Positions 22,360 to 37,055 of a stretch of DNA of 64,000 bases are shown here, piece by piece. A program made the translations under genes and the position numbers. The notes below the pieces were generated by a model. It had not been told where the DNA came from. It saw nothing but the letters and a program-made list of their open reading frames with translations, and did not search any database. Source of the DNA: Takakia lepidozioides (taxonomy: Eukaryota; Plantae; Bryophyta); the NCBI GenBank assembly GCA_030704615.1, contig CM060733.1:9238001-9302000 (forward strand), in the 5' to 3' direction. The first letter of the stretch is position 1, and each line of letters starts with the position of its first letter.

Positions 22360-23978
22360 GTGCGTAGAAGACAACAGACGCTGGAATCCAGACCTGGCTA
22401 TGGCCGCTGCTCCCCGGAATGTTGTGTGGCGAGACACCACGGCCCGCCCTGCCTCGGAATCGTCACCGTCGCCCGCCCCTCGCCTGCCCATTTCGCCACC
22501 CTTTCGCCACGGCCTCGCCCGTTTCTTATCGTAATGTTCTCCGTCCTCCCCTCGCTCACCATCCTCCCCAAAACTCAAACCTTCTTCCTTCTCTTTGCTA
22601 CACCAGCCCGAATGTTTTTTTCCTTGGTCTGCCCACTAAATCTGGGCAGTAAGAATAACATTTCAGGGCTTGTTCTCAGGGCGGGCATGTTTGGGCAGTC
22701 CACCTTGTGGGGTGATCTTATTTATAATATGAGCTGAGGCCCCTAACAAATCAAATATTCCTGATGTGTGAAACTTGTCGCTGTTCAACGTCATTTTCCA
22801 CAGTGCATGGAAATCTAAAATAAATTTCTACAAAAAGCAGCAGAATGCTGGATTCCATGTGATGCAATGTCTATTTGGACACATATATTCCCCCCCACCC
22901 CCCACCTCGCTTTCCAAGACAATACTCTGGGCTTATGGATTGGATAACAATCAGTATAAAAGGGGGGCATTATGTGAAATAGAGACGAAGACTGCCCCAG
23001 AGTTTCACGTAGGGGCCCCTACTATTGGCTTAAAGGTGGGGAATGCCCATTTGGCCTACGTTGAACCACATGGCGAGTTGAGCACTATTCACCTAGATGG
23101 TCCACTCACCACGTCACCGGTTGAGCATTCTGCTCATTGAGCGCGTTCCCTACAATGGATAGCAGCTTTCCCCAAATCTGCCACTTGAGCATGGTAGGTT
23201 GGTCAATTCAAAGATAGTGTAATGGCTCAAAATGTTTCAAGTTTAACACCAAATTTTCTAATGAAAACAAAACAACCGCATGGTACATGCTAGCCATGCC
23301 CTTCATCATCTCATAGTAAGGTTCTTGTTCCACATAATGATGTTAGTCTTACAGTCCTGTCAATTTCGGATCAATCTAACCCATAGTTCAATGAGTCTAT
23401 AGCTTTGAATCAGTCTGAGTGCGCGTTCCATGCTTTATTTTCATGCAAAGAATGCAAAGATAAATTCTGTTACTGCTACCCACATGTCACTCATTTTATA
23501 AAATGCCCGTGTGTTTGGTGTCAGTAACTACTATCTACTACCTTCTTCTTTTTAAAACTTGACACAAACAGCAAACTTCAACAAGCAAATATATTTCATC
23601 CAACAGCTGCAATATATTTCATGCAACACCAAATTTGCCTATACTATTTATTTTAACCTCACACAAAAAGCAGCAAACTCTAATTATAAGCAAATATATT
23701 TTGTCCAACTCCAAAATCAATGTATATCCAGAAACAATCATCCAGCGAATTGGTCCCATGAAAAGCTGGTCCCAGACAAGCGGGGAGAGACCATCGCGTC
23801 TTTGCCTAAAGGCAGACCAACAAAATTGTTTTATCGTTCCATATGAAGAACCACTATTTTTCAATTCTTTTCCCCTAGACTTGTTGAGTTGGGGCGAGAT
23901 GAGCACATAGTTGTTTATTTTCTTTGTCCAACTTAGTCGTTGTGTACACACATATGTACTAACTTTATTGGTATGAAC

Positions 23979-24372
23979 CAGTGTTGGTCTGGTATCTTGA
24001 ATTGGAAATACCAGAAGGGTCCTGGTATGAAGTGCTGAATTTTTTTAAGGCAGGTAGGTTTTCCAATAATGCAGCCCCTGATTTTTTCAAGTATGAATCT
24101 GGTATGCATAGAGTGGTTTTAAAAAAAAAATCAATCCGGATATGAGCAATGGTATCTGAATGTCAATAACCTAGAAATATGAACTCGGATATGGTATTAA
24201 GAAAATAATAAAATAAAAATGGTTACTAGTATTCAAATTCAATTTCAATATTGAAATGACCATCTGAACTATTCAAATGGCCATTTGAATATTGTCTCGC
24301 AAATGAAGATCAAAGTGTCATTGTTATAATCAAATAGATACCCGGCGAAACCCAGATACCAGACCAACACTG
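23979..24372. mobile_element. hAT-like MITE
   Basis: 18-bp perfect TIR CAGTGTTGGTCTGGTATC; 8-bp TSD GTATGAAC/GTATAAAC. Confidence 0.85.
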
Positions 24373-24402
24373 GTATAAACCTACGACCATCTTTTTTTCT
24401 AT

Positions 24403-24685
24403 TGAAAAAATGAACAATTTAAAAAACAGTCTAGAGGATGGAATTTCTTTCTTCCGTCCTATCCAATATAGTTTATGCATAATTAGGCCGGGCCCAAAGA
24501 GTCACATAAGGGAACTTTACACATAATTAGACACATCCAAAGAGTCACATAAGGGTCGCTAAAGGTGGATGCCAAAAAAAAATTAGTGTTTTGGGATGTG
24601 TCTAATTATGTGTAAACTATATTGGATAGGACGGAAGAAAAAAAATCCATCCTTTAGACTTTTTTTTAAATTGTTCATTTTTTCA
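24403..24685. mobile_element. Fold-back element with ~84-bp inverted arms
   Basis: 24403-24486 is the near-perfect reverse complement of 24602-24685; internal 19-bp direct repeat CCAAAGAGTCACATAAGGG. Confidence 0.8.
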
Positions 24686-27034
24686 CATATCCTTTTGTTG
24701 CAACTCATTGCAAAGAAGACTGTTATTTTTCTGTGACGCTTGAACTCAACCCCCCAAATAATCTAGCTATGGAAAAACCTAAATTTGACATTTTTTTCCA
24801 TACTCTTTATGCCCACTCCGATGACACAAATAATTAAAACTCTCTTTGAATTTTTTATGCATTGTTTTATATTAACACGTTCAATGTTGGAATGGCTCGT
24901 TCAATGTTGGAATGGCTCTTTCAATTTAGGTGGAGCCTTACTAGTTGCATCTGACAAGGCCATTCTCCATAAGATACATTTGTTGTTTCACGTGAGAGAG
25001 AACGACTCTGAAAAAAGGGGCTAACTATGACAATTTCTTCTCAACATATTTGTTTGGATCATGCACCATTGTGTTCAACAATTGAAAGAGTTGCCACTGC
25101 ATTGGATCTACAATGAGAACATACAAAAGTTCTTTTCAATTAAAAAAACAAATGGCTTAATGATGTGCAATTTGAACAAATGGAAATAGATTTAAATAGA
25201 ATGATTCAACCACATGCACTCTTGGAGCCAACATGTTTTGGAGGAGGTCCTATAGTGTTCAGTGGAGAGGACCTGCTCGAGAGAAAATCCCAGCATTCAT
25301 ATAAACTTTGATAGAGAAAGTGCAGCTTTCATGGAAGCCAGGTGGTTGATTTGTTTAATTCCACGGGTTTGACTACCTTCATCGTGTCTGCATCTTTTGC
25401 CGAAGCTCACGTGAATTTCAAATGTCTTCCCTCTTTGCTTTTCTGAGTTTCAAATGCGTTCTCCTGCAGATATAGATTTTTCTTGTAAGTAAGTCTTGTA
25501 TTTTATTGTTCATTTGATTTTCCATTCTCATGCATGCATTGTTTTCATCTATCACAAACCACATGTGGGGCCTTGTAGAAGTTCCTTCAATTGCGCTCAA
25601 ACCGTCAACAAGTCTTTTTTTCCGAGCCTTCTTCAATCTTATCGTTTGTCTATGTACGTGGAGGAAATGAGATTGCAACTAGCCATGCAGACATCACCCA
25701 ATGGTCTCACTTCGAGCCACAATCGTAGGGGCCGTTCTTATTTTAGGGCTAGGATGTATGATGACAGTGCGTCCAAATTTTGGGGGGACGCCTCTGGCAG
25801 CAACAGTAAGACATCTTCCTAAAGTTGAATATTATATTCGAAAAATGGATGGTATAAAATGATTTTCAAACCTGCACAAACTCTTCAAATCTTTGGATGT
25901 TTGTCTAAATGAGTGGTGCTTAATTTAATCCCAATCCTGCAATTGTATTCCTTAACTTCACTTGTTTTTTTTTCCTATTTGTAACTTTTTAATTTCCACG
26001 CAATTTTAGGTTATTCAATGTTGCAATTTGACTTCTGTTTCTCTACTTCTTTGGTGTCAGCCTTCCATATGTGGGGCCTATTTCCACGGTTATGGGTTTG
26101 TCTTCCGCGATATTAGGCCCTCATAGTCAAGCCTAACCTGGCTGGACTTACGGGCTCACGCTTTAGCATCCCCCAAATCCCACTACCACACGGTATGTTG
26201 ATGTGTTTGTGGGGGCAAATCTTGGAGCTATGGAGGTGAAGCTTGCTGAAGATGAGAGTGAATCCAATTTGTAATTTTTGTGAGTGGGGCCCATTTTCAA
26301 CTGTGGGGTTTTCTTGATCCTAATTGACCTGAAAATTATGAAAGACCACCGGTAGGTAGATATCCACCTAATGTCTACAGTTCAGTCAAATTTAGATTTA
26401 TGTTGACTTTCGCCACCAACTATTTTTTAATAATAGCAGCATGTGGGCCCCCCTAGTACGGCCCATGGGATTGGCTCACAAGCCCACTGCCCATCCACAG
26501 GGTCCGCCCGGGGTCCATTGGGTAGTCTAATTTGTTCTTGAGAGTTTGCTGAAGGGTCCACTCTGGAGTCTAGTTTACTTTGCAAGTTCGCTGGAGGGTC
26601 CACTCTACGTGGGGAGTGGACGTGAGTCCACCTGCCCAGTCCGCTGAAGGATCCATCCAGTCCGTTGGAAGGTCCGTCGCTGTAGAAGAACAAGGACTTA
26701 GGAAAATTTCAAAAAGAACCATTATACAAAACATACAAATAATAACACACATTACTACGACCCATTACCACCTGACAAGAGTTGGACACCGAACCTCATA
26801 CTAGTTATGAATTACTCTTAACCACCACACTACCCACTACTGTCCACAAATCTGAGAAATAACTAATCTTTTATGTGCTTTATTAGTACATGTTTAATGT
26901 GTATTATGGGTCGCAACAGACCAAAAAGAAAAAAGAGACCTACTTGCCCCGTAGACCCAGCAGCAGCAGACTCAGCCACAGCACACCCTCTAACCCTTCG
27001 CGACCCCCTCTACTACACTCGGGCCTGCCATAGG

Positions 27035-27126
27035 TACACGGCATGCATTGAAGACGATATTATCTTTCAATGAGAAGCTCTACACGGCATGCATTGAAGA
27101 CGATATTATCTTTCAATGAGAAGCTC
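27035..27126. repeat. Perfect 46-bp tandem duplication
   Basis: TACACGGCATGCATTGAAGACGATATTATCTTTCAATGAGAAGCTC twice. Confidence 0.95.
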
Positions 27127-30100
27127 TTACGCAGCAGGGGTTGGATTTTCGGGGAAAAAAAATAAAAATGAGCATTGGGCGCTTTAAGGCTTAAAGGACT
27201 AAACTTCGCTTTGGAGGAAGACTAAAATTTTGAGATGAGATCTGCTGAATGGCTAGTGAAGGTTTTAGATTTTCTTAAAAGGATGCAAACCCCTGAGGGT
27301 GGTAGGTGAGATGAGCTTCATCACATCCCTTGGAAAGAGATTTTGGGGTGATAATATGAGAAACACAGATGGCCTCAAACACTAGGTATTGTGTCCAATA
27401 ATAACTCCATTTTGACTGATTTCAACAATCTAATTAATGATGGCATGTGAAGACAGTATCCATATCTGAAGGCCATGTAAAGTGGGTTTGACAACCGTTG
27501 CACAATGAAAACAATGGCCTCTCATGTGGTAATGGGCTGATCCATTTACTCAACACTCCATCTCAGCTGCATCCTTATCATTGACATATTGAAGAAAGTG
27601 TAGTTATACATATAATAAATGTATGCTTTCAGCCAGCTTGGGAGCTCCAAGAAGCCCAACATGCATATCCAAAACTGGCACCTTTGGGAAACCCTTAGTT
27701 CCTGTCTTTTCGCCTCCAGCAGTCCGCTTGGCCCATACCAAGAGTATAGAATCGATTTGGGAATCTATTGTAGGCTAGCAAGATTCCTCACATATCAGCC
27801 CAAAATCCCAGGTCATGGAACCTACACCCAACGAACGTTTGAAGGAATTATAATAGAGTATTCTTGTGGCATTGACAAAGCATGGTTTTTCTTCTGTAAT
27901 TGCTTGAGGTCATTGTGTTTTTTTTTTTGGAAAAGGGAGTGGACACCCATAACCTTTGTATAAAATGGACAAAAACGTGCAAACAGAACAAAGAGGAAAA
28001 ATAACCTCTGGTGGGTGCCATGGAGGCTGATAGAGGAAGCCACTGATTCGTAACCAAAATTCATAAGACAGCAGAGAGAGGAAGTCCCTTAAATGGGAGA
28101 GACCTCAAGGGAGAGAGTCTGCTAAGAGAGGGAGGAAGAGCACCAAAAGAACAGCACCCGGGGGGGGGGTGTGTCCCAGAAGCATAACCAGTCTTAAGTG
28201 ACTGCCTTTGGAATCTATGTATACACATAATACGAACTCATATGTCTTCATAATCCAAGGATATTAGTTCAAGGCAGATTGTGTCAAGCCCAAGGAATCT
28301 TTACCTGTGCTTTTGGAAAATTTCACTCCAGTCCATAGGCTAACGGGCCTAACCACGATGGCTCTTCATAGACGTTCCACGTTCAATGCTTCCTTGCTCC
28401 TGGAGTCCATCTCTTACTCTCTGTGAGCATATATAGGTATGTAAGAACGATAAACCTTCTCCAAGATAATTTGTCCAATCTCTTGACGGTCATTATAATA
28501 AGCTGGATCCACAAACTTAACACAGGCTAAAGTGTGGATATTGATAGAATGAGAGTAATGAGACGAGAACGGGTAGGTGTGGCAGTCGGTGGCAGTTGGT
28601 CAGAGGTCTGGCATGGCGAAACGATGCAATTTCAGATTGCCACTTGTTCTTCGCCCAGGGGAGGATATTCAACTACCCATTATAAATAGCTTAGGTTATA
28701 TAGATTTCGGCTTACCTACAAAATCAGATTGCAAAAACAAATGTTTTGCTTTCCATCCTGGCATGTTGGAGCCATTTTTACGATTGAAGGTTGGGAGTGG
28801 GGACACGGGAAAAATGTGGGTAGAATATTTAAAAAGCACAGTAAAAGAGAATTGTGGGGGCCGATGTTGTCCGGGTAGTAAAGGTGGCATGTGGGGGCGG
28901 TGTAAAGTGCTCCTACCCCACATGCGCAATCACTCGTGCACCATCATTCTTCACGTCTGACGCAGGCCGAGTGACGAAGAACGTGGGCTGGACGAACTGA
29001 CGAGGCCTGACCAAAGACGTTTTCGTCAACGGAGAGGACTGGAGCAACAGAGGGGCTGTGATGGCGTTAGCTAGCGTACCGGAAGTAGTTGGCAGGTGGC
29101 TTCATGTCAGTCTACCTAGGACCTCATTTAGGCGGCTTACTTAACATGACATTTATTGTTGGAATGCGACATCCCAAGCCGCACTACTACCCATGGCTTC
29201 CAGTTCTCTATCACGCTATATTGAAAAAGCACCTACATGCTCTAAACTCTAAACCATGCAAGCTATACTTAGCGGAATTTGGAGTTATTCATAGCCCTTG
29301 GGTGGTGGAACTAAAATCCGATGAGGTGTTGATCACTTTTCTTTTTTCTTTCTGAAAAGAGGGGACTGAGGCCCGCAAAAACGCACTGAGATATGGCACC
29401 TTATTTTGTCACATTCACCCCAATTAGCTTGAACTAGGGAAAGTCATTGCAGTAGTCAGTGATAGTTTTTCTCTATCACACCTTATGTTGTCACATTCAC
29501 CTGGCTGCAGATCAGTGTCGTCTCATATTCAGTACTCAGTGATATTTCCCATTTATTTAAGAACAAATTATACATAGCACCTTATTTAGCCTGCAGAGGC
29601 TGAACTAGCCGGGATGGTGGAAAATAGTCTGACATTTGGGTAGTACCATGTTTTTTGGGGTCTTTAGCTGAGTCAACTGTGCAGGATCTGTGATCGCCTT
29701 GGGCAAGAAATATACCACTAAAGTAAACCAAAACAATACTGAGATATGCAGACAGCACCAATCAATGGCGCAAATCAATCTTCGAGGGGAATCGGCGGTC
29801 CTCGTAAGCAATGAAAATATAAAAATGCGAGAGAGAAAGAGAGGGAGAGAGAGAAAGGAGAGGCTTACCTGCTCGACAGAGTGACGCGAGATAGGGTAGA
29901 AAGTAGATAGGGCCTCGGCCGAAGGATGCGTAGGTGAAGCTTCCGGGGCGTCGCGGGCACGCGCTGGAGATGACTGCCGGCTCTATCTGTGCCTCAATGT
30001 GCGTTGCGTTCGGTCCAATTACTCCCTGTTTCTTAGGGGGATGTTATAGATCGCACAAGAAAGCACTCCGGCTGCTCCTGCTGCCAAGGCTTCTGCAACC

Positions 30101-31117
30101 TGTTCATGTTCCCCTTCTCTGCAACAGTAGCTCTCGCTGTCTGTTGGCATTCCAGCGTATGAAACAGGCCGGTTTGCGGCCCCTGTAGGTGTCATGTCGT
30201 CTCTGTACTGCTCTTGTTGCGAGGTAATCGGCTTGCTAACGCATTCATCGTCTCTCTGTAGCGTCTCGTTGCGGTGTTCCTTGATTGGAATGCTGTCGCA
30301 GAGCGGGCATGTTATCGGCGGTCCATGCTTGTGACATGAGCTTGTTCCTAGCCAAGTGCATTTCAGCCTCGTCTTACCAGAGTTTTTCCCGTGCCTGGAG
30401 TTCACTCTCACGCTCCTGGTTGATTTCATAGTGGATATCTGGCCGTGATGTACCCTCTTAACGCAGCGCTAGCTTGATTTTGGACTTCAATTCTCCCATT
30501 TGCATAGATCGCTGTGTCTGTAATTTACTCTCACATTCACTCCCTACATCATGTGGTTCCAGGATTTCTGTTTCACCTGCTTGATCCTCTTCGCACCTGC
30601 TGGGATGATCGCGGCTTCTTCAGATGCGTAAGGAAATGCCCTAATCTGTATAGGGTGGCGCATCGGTTGCTACTAGACACTCCATGGATACTTTCTGGCC
30701 GTGACAATGTACTAAGAAGGGCATTCAGACGAGACAGGGGGGCGAACAGGGGGTGATTGGCTGGCAGTGCCATGGCCTGTGAAGAGGACGAGCAGTCGCT
30801 GTGCCTATTGTTGGTTGGTTGTCGCAGGGCCTCACTCTGATGGAGAGTTTTGTCGGTACTTGCGGGGGCATTGCAGAAAGAGGAGATCGTTGATCGTGCT
30901 CACAATTTCGCCTTCCAAATTTGTCATATATGTCCTCGATACTTTTACGCATGAGCTATGAAGAGGAGATCCTAGCAAACATCATCTCTTCTCTCGATAA
31001 TTTCTACAGTGTTACCTGACATCTTCACCTTTCGAGAATATCTGTGTCCAGGGGCTTCATAGATTCTTCTTTTCGGTAGCCTCCCTAGTTTCAAAGGGCA
31101 ATAAAACAGTGGATGGG

Positions 31118-34100
31118 ATGAAGAAACTAATGCAGATGCCTTTTGGCCTGGCGACCATGGAGAGAAAGTGGCTGCTACCTCTTGTAGCAAGCTCATTGAT
31201 CTCTATAACTCTGTTCCTGGCGGCAACCCTCAGCTTGGGGGCTTCTTCTCACAGAGCTAAAAACTCTGTTTTCACATTTTTCCCCTTAAAGGAGGAGGAG
31301 CGCATAGTGTATGTTGAAGACAATGGGGTACAACAGCCCCCCACGGGCCTACCAACCCCGCCAAGGCTGGCCTACTTAATATCAGGCACCAAGGGCGATG
31401 GTAGTCGGATGCAAAGGCTTCTGCAGGCTCTCTACCATCCTAGGAATTTCTACCTTCTACACTTGGATCTTGAGGCCCCCCCAAGAGAGAGGATAGAGTT
31501 AGCCAAGTACGTGCGATCTGAATTCACCTTCGGAGAGGCAGGAAATGTGTATGTGGTGGGAAAGGCAAACCTTGTCACCTACCGAGGGCCCACTATGATT
31601 GCATCCACTCTGCATGGAGCTGCAATTCTTTTAAGGCAAAGCAAAGAGTGGGATTGGTTTATCAATCTGAGTGCCTCCGACTATCCCCTCATGACTCAAG
31701 ATGGTCAGTCCGTCTCTCCCCCTGTACTATGTGTTATCTCTGTGATGTCTGTAGAATGTTGTCAAGCTTCTTCTGGTCTGCCGTCGTATTCTCGTCTACA
31801 TTGTGAACTTATAATTAGAGCATCTTATCCAGATGTTCTATTTATAAGTTAAACCCTAGCCATTATACAATGTTTGTTGCTCTTGCAATGTATTCACCTT
31901 TTCTCTCTCGAGCTGTCTTCTGGGTCATGCTTGTAATACCCAACGAATGAAAGGTGTTACGAAAGCAGTGCTTGCAGTGTTTGAAATTGCTCACCGTCTT
32001 TATTGGTGAAAATTTATTATCTGGAAGGAACCTGGTAGGGTTGAGATTAGCATCTTGGCACAGCTGGTTTGCATGGTTTCCATCACATTCACATGTTTCG
32101 AGACTGTGTGGAGCTGACAAGTGAAAACAACTTTGAGGCCTTTTATGTCATTGGCATTTTAGTAAGAGTTTTGCGCCAGTTACTTGATTTAGATTGCCAG
32201 ATTAGTTACAGGCCAAGGATTGATTCTCACATCTTGATTGCAACATGTGTCGATATTAAGCAGCCCTCTGAGCTGCAGTTGGGCTTTCGTGAAACCTTCA
32301 GCAGCACCATTTGTCTCTTGTGCAGATGGAATGGTAGAATAGCAGGTGCTGAGGGTACTTTTTGGCACCTCTTTTATGAGCATTGCAGCAGTCTCTGAAA
32401 ACATGACCTGATATCTATGGATATCCAAATATGTTGTAGCCTTGTTTGGAATTGTACTTTTAAACAGGGTCAAAGAACTGGACATCTGAATACAAAAACC
32501 TGTGGGCATTGATGCTTATGGGGAGTGGAATATCCCATGACGGTCTACTGTCAGCTAATAACTTTCAAAGAAGTGCTTGCTCAGCATCAGGTGCATGAAG
32601 GCAACACTAGTTTGGTTGTCTGGCCCTCTCTCAAACTACATGGCCGAGCTATAACAGAATTGGTGTGGGTACAATTGCTTGAAAGGAAGCACTAGAACTG
32701 ATAATAGTTGCTTGGTGTTTATTATGCAGATCTTCTCCATGTGTTTTCCTATCTGCCTAGAGACCTCAACTTTATAGAGCATACAAGTGATATGGGTTGG
32801 AAAGAGTAAGTTTTCGGACCTAGACCTTGATGATAATAGCAGCGCAGAATTTGTCCTTTCATTATTTGGGTCACTCTTGGTCTTCTTGGTCATTGGTGTT
32901 GTAGGAAGGTTCATTTACTTATGATGCCCTGCCAATGATGGTGATGAAGTACCCTGGAAAAGAGCATTCCCCAGCGTCGAAGTCACCTTCCTGAGCAGGT
33001 TATGGCCACAACTTCTATACCAACAATAGAGGGTTTTGAATGATGATCTATCCTGTGGCCTTGACATCATACAAAATTCTAGGACGTTGGTTCCAGCTCT
33101 GCAGCCCTCTACAGCAGATGTGACAAATGTGGCTGTTATTGAATAGGAGTTGTGTTGTCAAACCCAAAGATTGGGTGCCATTGTCAGATTGTGGTAATTC
33201 AGCCATATATGCTCCGTCTAGAGAGGTCCATGGAAAGCCTTCTGGGGAGGAGGAGGAGGTAGATAGAGTGATCAAGTCATTTACTGATAGTTCTCTGCAG
33301 ACTCTTGACTTGCCACATCCTATGCCATACAAGATGGTTTGGCCTTGATCTTGGAGGTGTCTGTCTGACAGCTCAGTTTGCTGAAAAATCTGGTTGTGGG
33401 GTTTCATCGAATAAGAGTATAGTTGGAGAAATCACTAAGTGTGATGAACCATTTCTAGGGTGACAAACTTTCACATTGACCAGTGTGGGAAGTGCAACTA
33501 TGAAGGCCCTGAATATATCAAGTTACTGGACTTCTTTGTAGGCCGCAAGTTGGCCGCAAGTTGTGACACTGTGATCCCTGTGTTTGCAATTGCACTTTCT
33601 GTATGCTTCACACGGTACGAGGAAGTGAAATTGATGGTGATTCAAAGAGAGTTTATTCTGAAGGATTGTCTTATGCTCAGCAGCTCTGCAAGGTCTATTC
33701 AAACTGAAAATCAGCTTTGACCTAAGGTCTGCACGAGTGAGACTTGGCACTCAAGGATGAACACTCATCCTTTTCAGCATGGACTAACAGGAGCTATGGG
33801 GATAGTTAGTAGCCTTGAGCACTGAAGGGATAGCCCCTAAACAGTAATTTGAAGGTATACGGTGGGCTGTGATTGTGACTTATGTGCAGCTATAACGTTA
33901 GTTGGAGGCATCTTCCCAAAGTTGGTAATCACATAACACTTCTCACTGGTTGTGAAATTGGCAGGTTTCAGCGGGCAAAGCCTATCATCATTGACCCAGG
34001 TTTGTACATGAATAGGAAGACTGACATTTTTTGGGCTACACAACGACGAGCTGTTCCTACGTCATTCCGGCTGTTCACGGGTATGTTAGGTGCCTTTCCC

Positions 34101-34995
34101 ACTTTGTGACCCCATGCTAGCTGAACTCACCTACTGGGACAGGGGACCTGCAATGATGTGGGTGAAGCAATGGACGACAGACTTTAAACCGATATCTTCC
34201 AGAACTTAGACAGGCAGAGAGTGGTGTGGAGATCAGGTAGAGTCAGCTAGAGGCATTGACTTTGCATCCGCCTAGATCGACCCAGATTGGATGGGGATCA
34301 ATTGGGTTGGGCATGCAGACAGGAGAAGTGGGCGGGAAGGCAGTGGTAGAGATGAGGCTTGAAACAGTAGTGGGCGGCTCCATCCCAGGAAAACGTTCAG
34401 GAGGGCATCTGCTGATCTTTCATGAGGTGATTGTATGTGTATAAGCCTGATTCCCTATTGGTTGGGAGGGCCAGGGTCAGCATGGATAGCATTGACGCGG
34501 TCATTCATGGAGTATTGCATCATGGGATGGGACAACCTGCCGCGCACGACGCTCATGTATTATACTAACTTTGTGTCTTCACCGGAAGGCTACTTTCAAA
34601 CTGTGATTTGCAACACCCAGGAGTTTCGCAACACAACTGTGAATCATGATCTCCACTATATTGCATGGGACACCCCTCCCAAGCAACACCCTCTGTCCCT
34701 CACTCTTACGGATTTCCACAATATGACCAGGAGTGGTGCTCCCTTTGCAAGAAAGTTTCCTAGGGAAGATCCAGTGCTTGATTTCATTGACAAGCAGTTG
34801 CTTGGCCGGGGCCAGGGAAAGCTCGCGCCAGGGGGTTGGTGTATAGGTACTGAAGCTGGGCAGGATCCTTGCTCAGTGAGGGGGTCATCAACTGTCCTAA
34901 GACCAGGCCCTGGGGCTAAAAGGTTCGAAGACCTGGTTGTTCGTCTCATTGCACCTGCAACATTTCGCTCCAACCAGTGTGTCACTACATATTAA
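31118..34995 (+). CDS. GlcAT14: GT14 core-2/I-branching family beta-glucuronosyltransferase (GlcAT14-like); exons 31118-31703, 32730-32805, 33965-34080, 34475-34995
   Basis: N-terminal TM anchor; LAYLISGTKGD, LYHPRNFYLLHLD, WDWFINLSASDYPL, DLNFIEHTSD.GWKE, LFTGSAW, SSPEGYFQTVICN, APFARKF; GT-AG introns in phase. Confidence 0.93.
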
Positions 34996-37055
34996 GTAAC
35001 CAATTTGTGGGAGTGGAGTCTCTACAAGTATTTGACTTCACTTGCACATTCAGTGATTTGCTGCCCATCTGATCTACCACTCATGATAGTGTCCAGCGAG
35101 AAACCTGTGGGGCAGCAACCTGCATATCACACATCAGTCAAGTCCCCTAAGTCTGGTTTAGGAGAACTCTGATTTTGCGCAAATGCCATTTTTCCTTCGT
35201 TCAAGAGTCTTGGGGGACACCATTGCATTTGCAAGCCCTTTGACTGCCCTCTCAACTCACGCCCTGGATCTCTTGCTTTCCAGTTTAGTTTCATGGTCAC
35301 CATTGGGGCGATGATGGAGTGTCTCACCTTGAGATTGAGATTAGATCATGGAGGATATCTTCTAGTACAGCAACCAAGACCAAAGAGATGGCCTGGTGGT
35401 GGGGAATGCATTCTATTTGATGGCAGACGGACTTCATTGGCCTCCTCAACAGATCAGTATAGATTTCTCTCCGATTGACATTCAAGGTTGAGAATTCTAA
35501 CGTGAGGAAATGAGAACATTCCTGCAGCAAGCAATTCTGGCACGTACCACTTCAAAGTTGGTAGGTGCTACAACCAGTCCAATGAGAAGCCTGAGATTCT
35601 GCAGTCAGTTTTTATTGAGGTTTCAGAGGCAGGCTTGAATGTAGGATACAGGAGAATGGAAGAGGGATCGTGCTAAGGAAGTTAAAGTCGCGAATATCAC
35701 TTTTGACTTTTTTGTGACAGTGGGTTAGAGGAACATTGGCACCTCCCCAGTAAAGGAAAGCAAATCTTCCAGTTAGAAGATGTATATGCTGTTGTATGCA
35801 CCCTTGCAAGTTTGGTAAATGTATGTGGAAGTCAAGGATCTCCCTCCATCAGGAAGGTCTTTGATTTATATTTGAGCAGAGAGAAAGGGGACATCTCTTC
35901 ACTGCTGTAGTCGAGCATATTATTATCCTGTCTCTGGATTTTATTAAGTCTTCAGGATCTGCCTGCAATTGAATGCTGCATAACACTACCTTACAAACCA
36001 TGAGGTGCTCAGTATATGTGAAAGCAGCAAGGATGTTCCAATGGTTAGAAGTGGGATGCTGCATGCAGCTTCTCATCTGAACTGCTGCAAATTGGGAACA
36101 GGATTGGGTGAAACAAAAGAGCGCGAGAGAGAAATGAAATGAAATTAACGTCCGCAGGAAGCCGAAGAGCTACATGATACGCTGCGGAAGAAGGGGGGAC
36201 AAGGGAAGAAGAGCTTTTGTAGTGGGTATTTTAGCATACGTTTGTTTGGCCATACTTGGCGATACTCGGGCTGAGTGCTTCAGTTTCCACCTCCAACGGA
36301 TGTCCGTCAGGAGGAGCAATTTACCTATCTTTTGTTTGATGTATCGACATTCTCTGTCTGAAAGGCGCGGCATCTGTGGCTGCTTATATCTCAGCACTGA
36401 CTCTGTAGCCATATAATTATTGCGGACGTGAGATATGTGGATATGGTTAGCATTTTGATTTGCTGAGTCGAACTTTTTGTGACGAAACTTATACGAGTGC
36501 AAAACAAGGAAATGCTGTGCCGCCATCTGCATAATGCTGTGAAGCAAACTACAAAGCTAATTTGACAGAATTCAGGTTCTATGTCAATGAATATATGCTC
36601 AGATGCTTTCACTTACAATTTATTTCTTGACAACAATTTTTATGACGAATGACTACCATCTTGGAGCTTTATATAGATCTCCCAGAAATCTGAATGCAGA
36701 GCTAATTTTCACTACTACTCATTTTTACAAACATGCAGGTCCATTTTAATGTCTGCAAGTTCTCCAGGGATTGGAAAGTGTTGTGTCAAGGACAGGTCGA
36801 TTGTGATTACAGGCAGGAGAGCAGATTGATCTGCTCAGGAGTTTGAGAAAGAATAACATTCCATTTTCAGTATGGAATGTAATGGATTCATGATTTGAAG
36901 GCCATGGAAAGTAAAGAGCTCTCAGCAGATGTGTTCAGAGGATTCTCTGCCAGAGAGAATGCAGTCGAAGTCATGGACCGGATGACAGTGTACGTCCATT
37001 TGCTTTTTCAGAAAATCTACTGATGATGACAAACTTGTGAGAAACGTGGTCGAAG

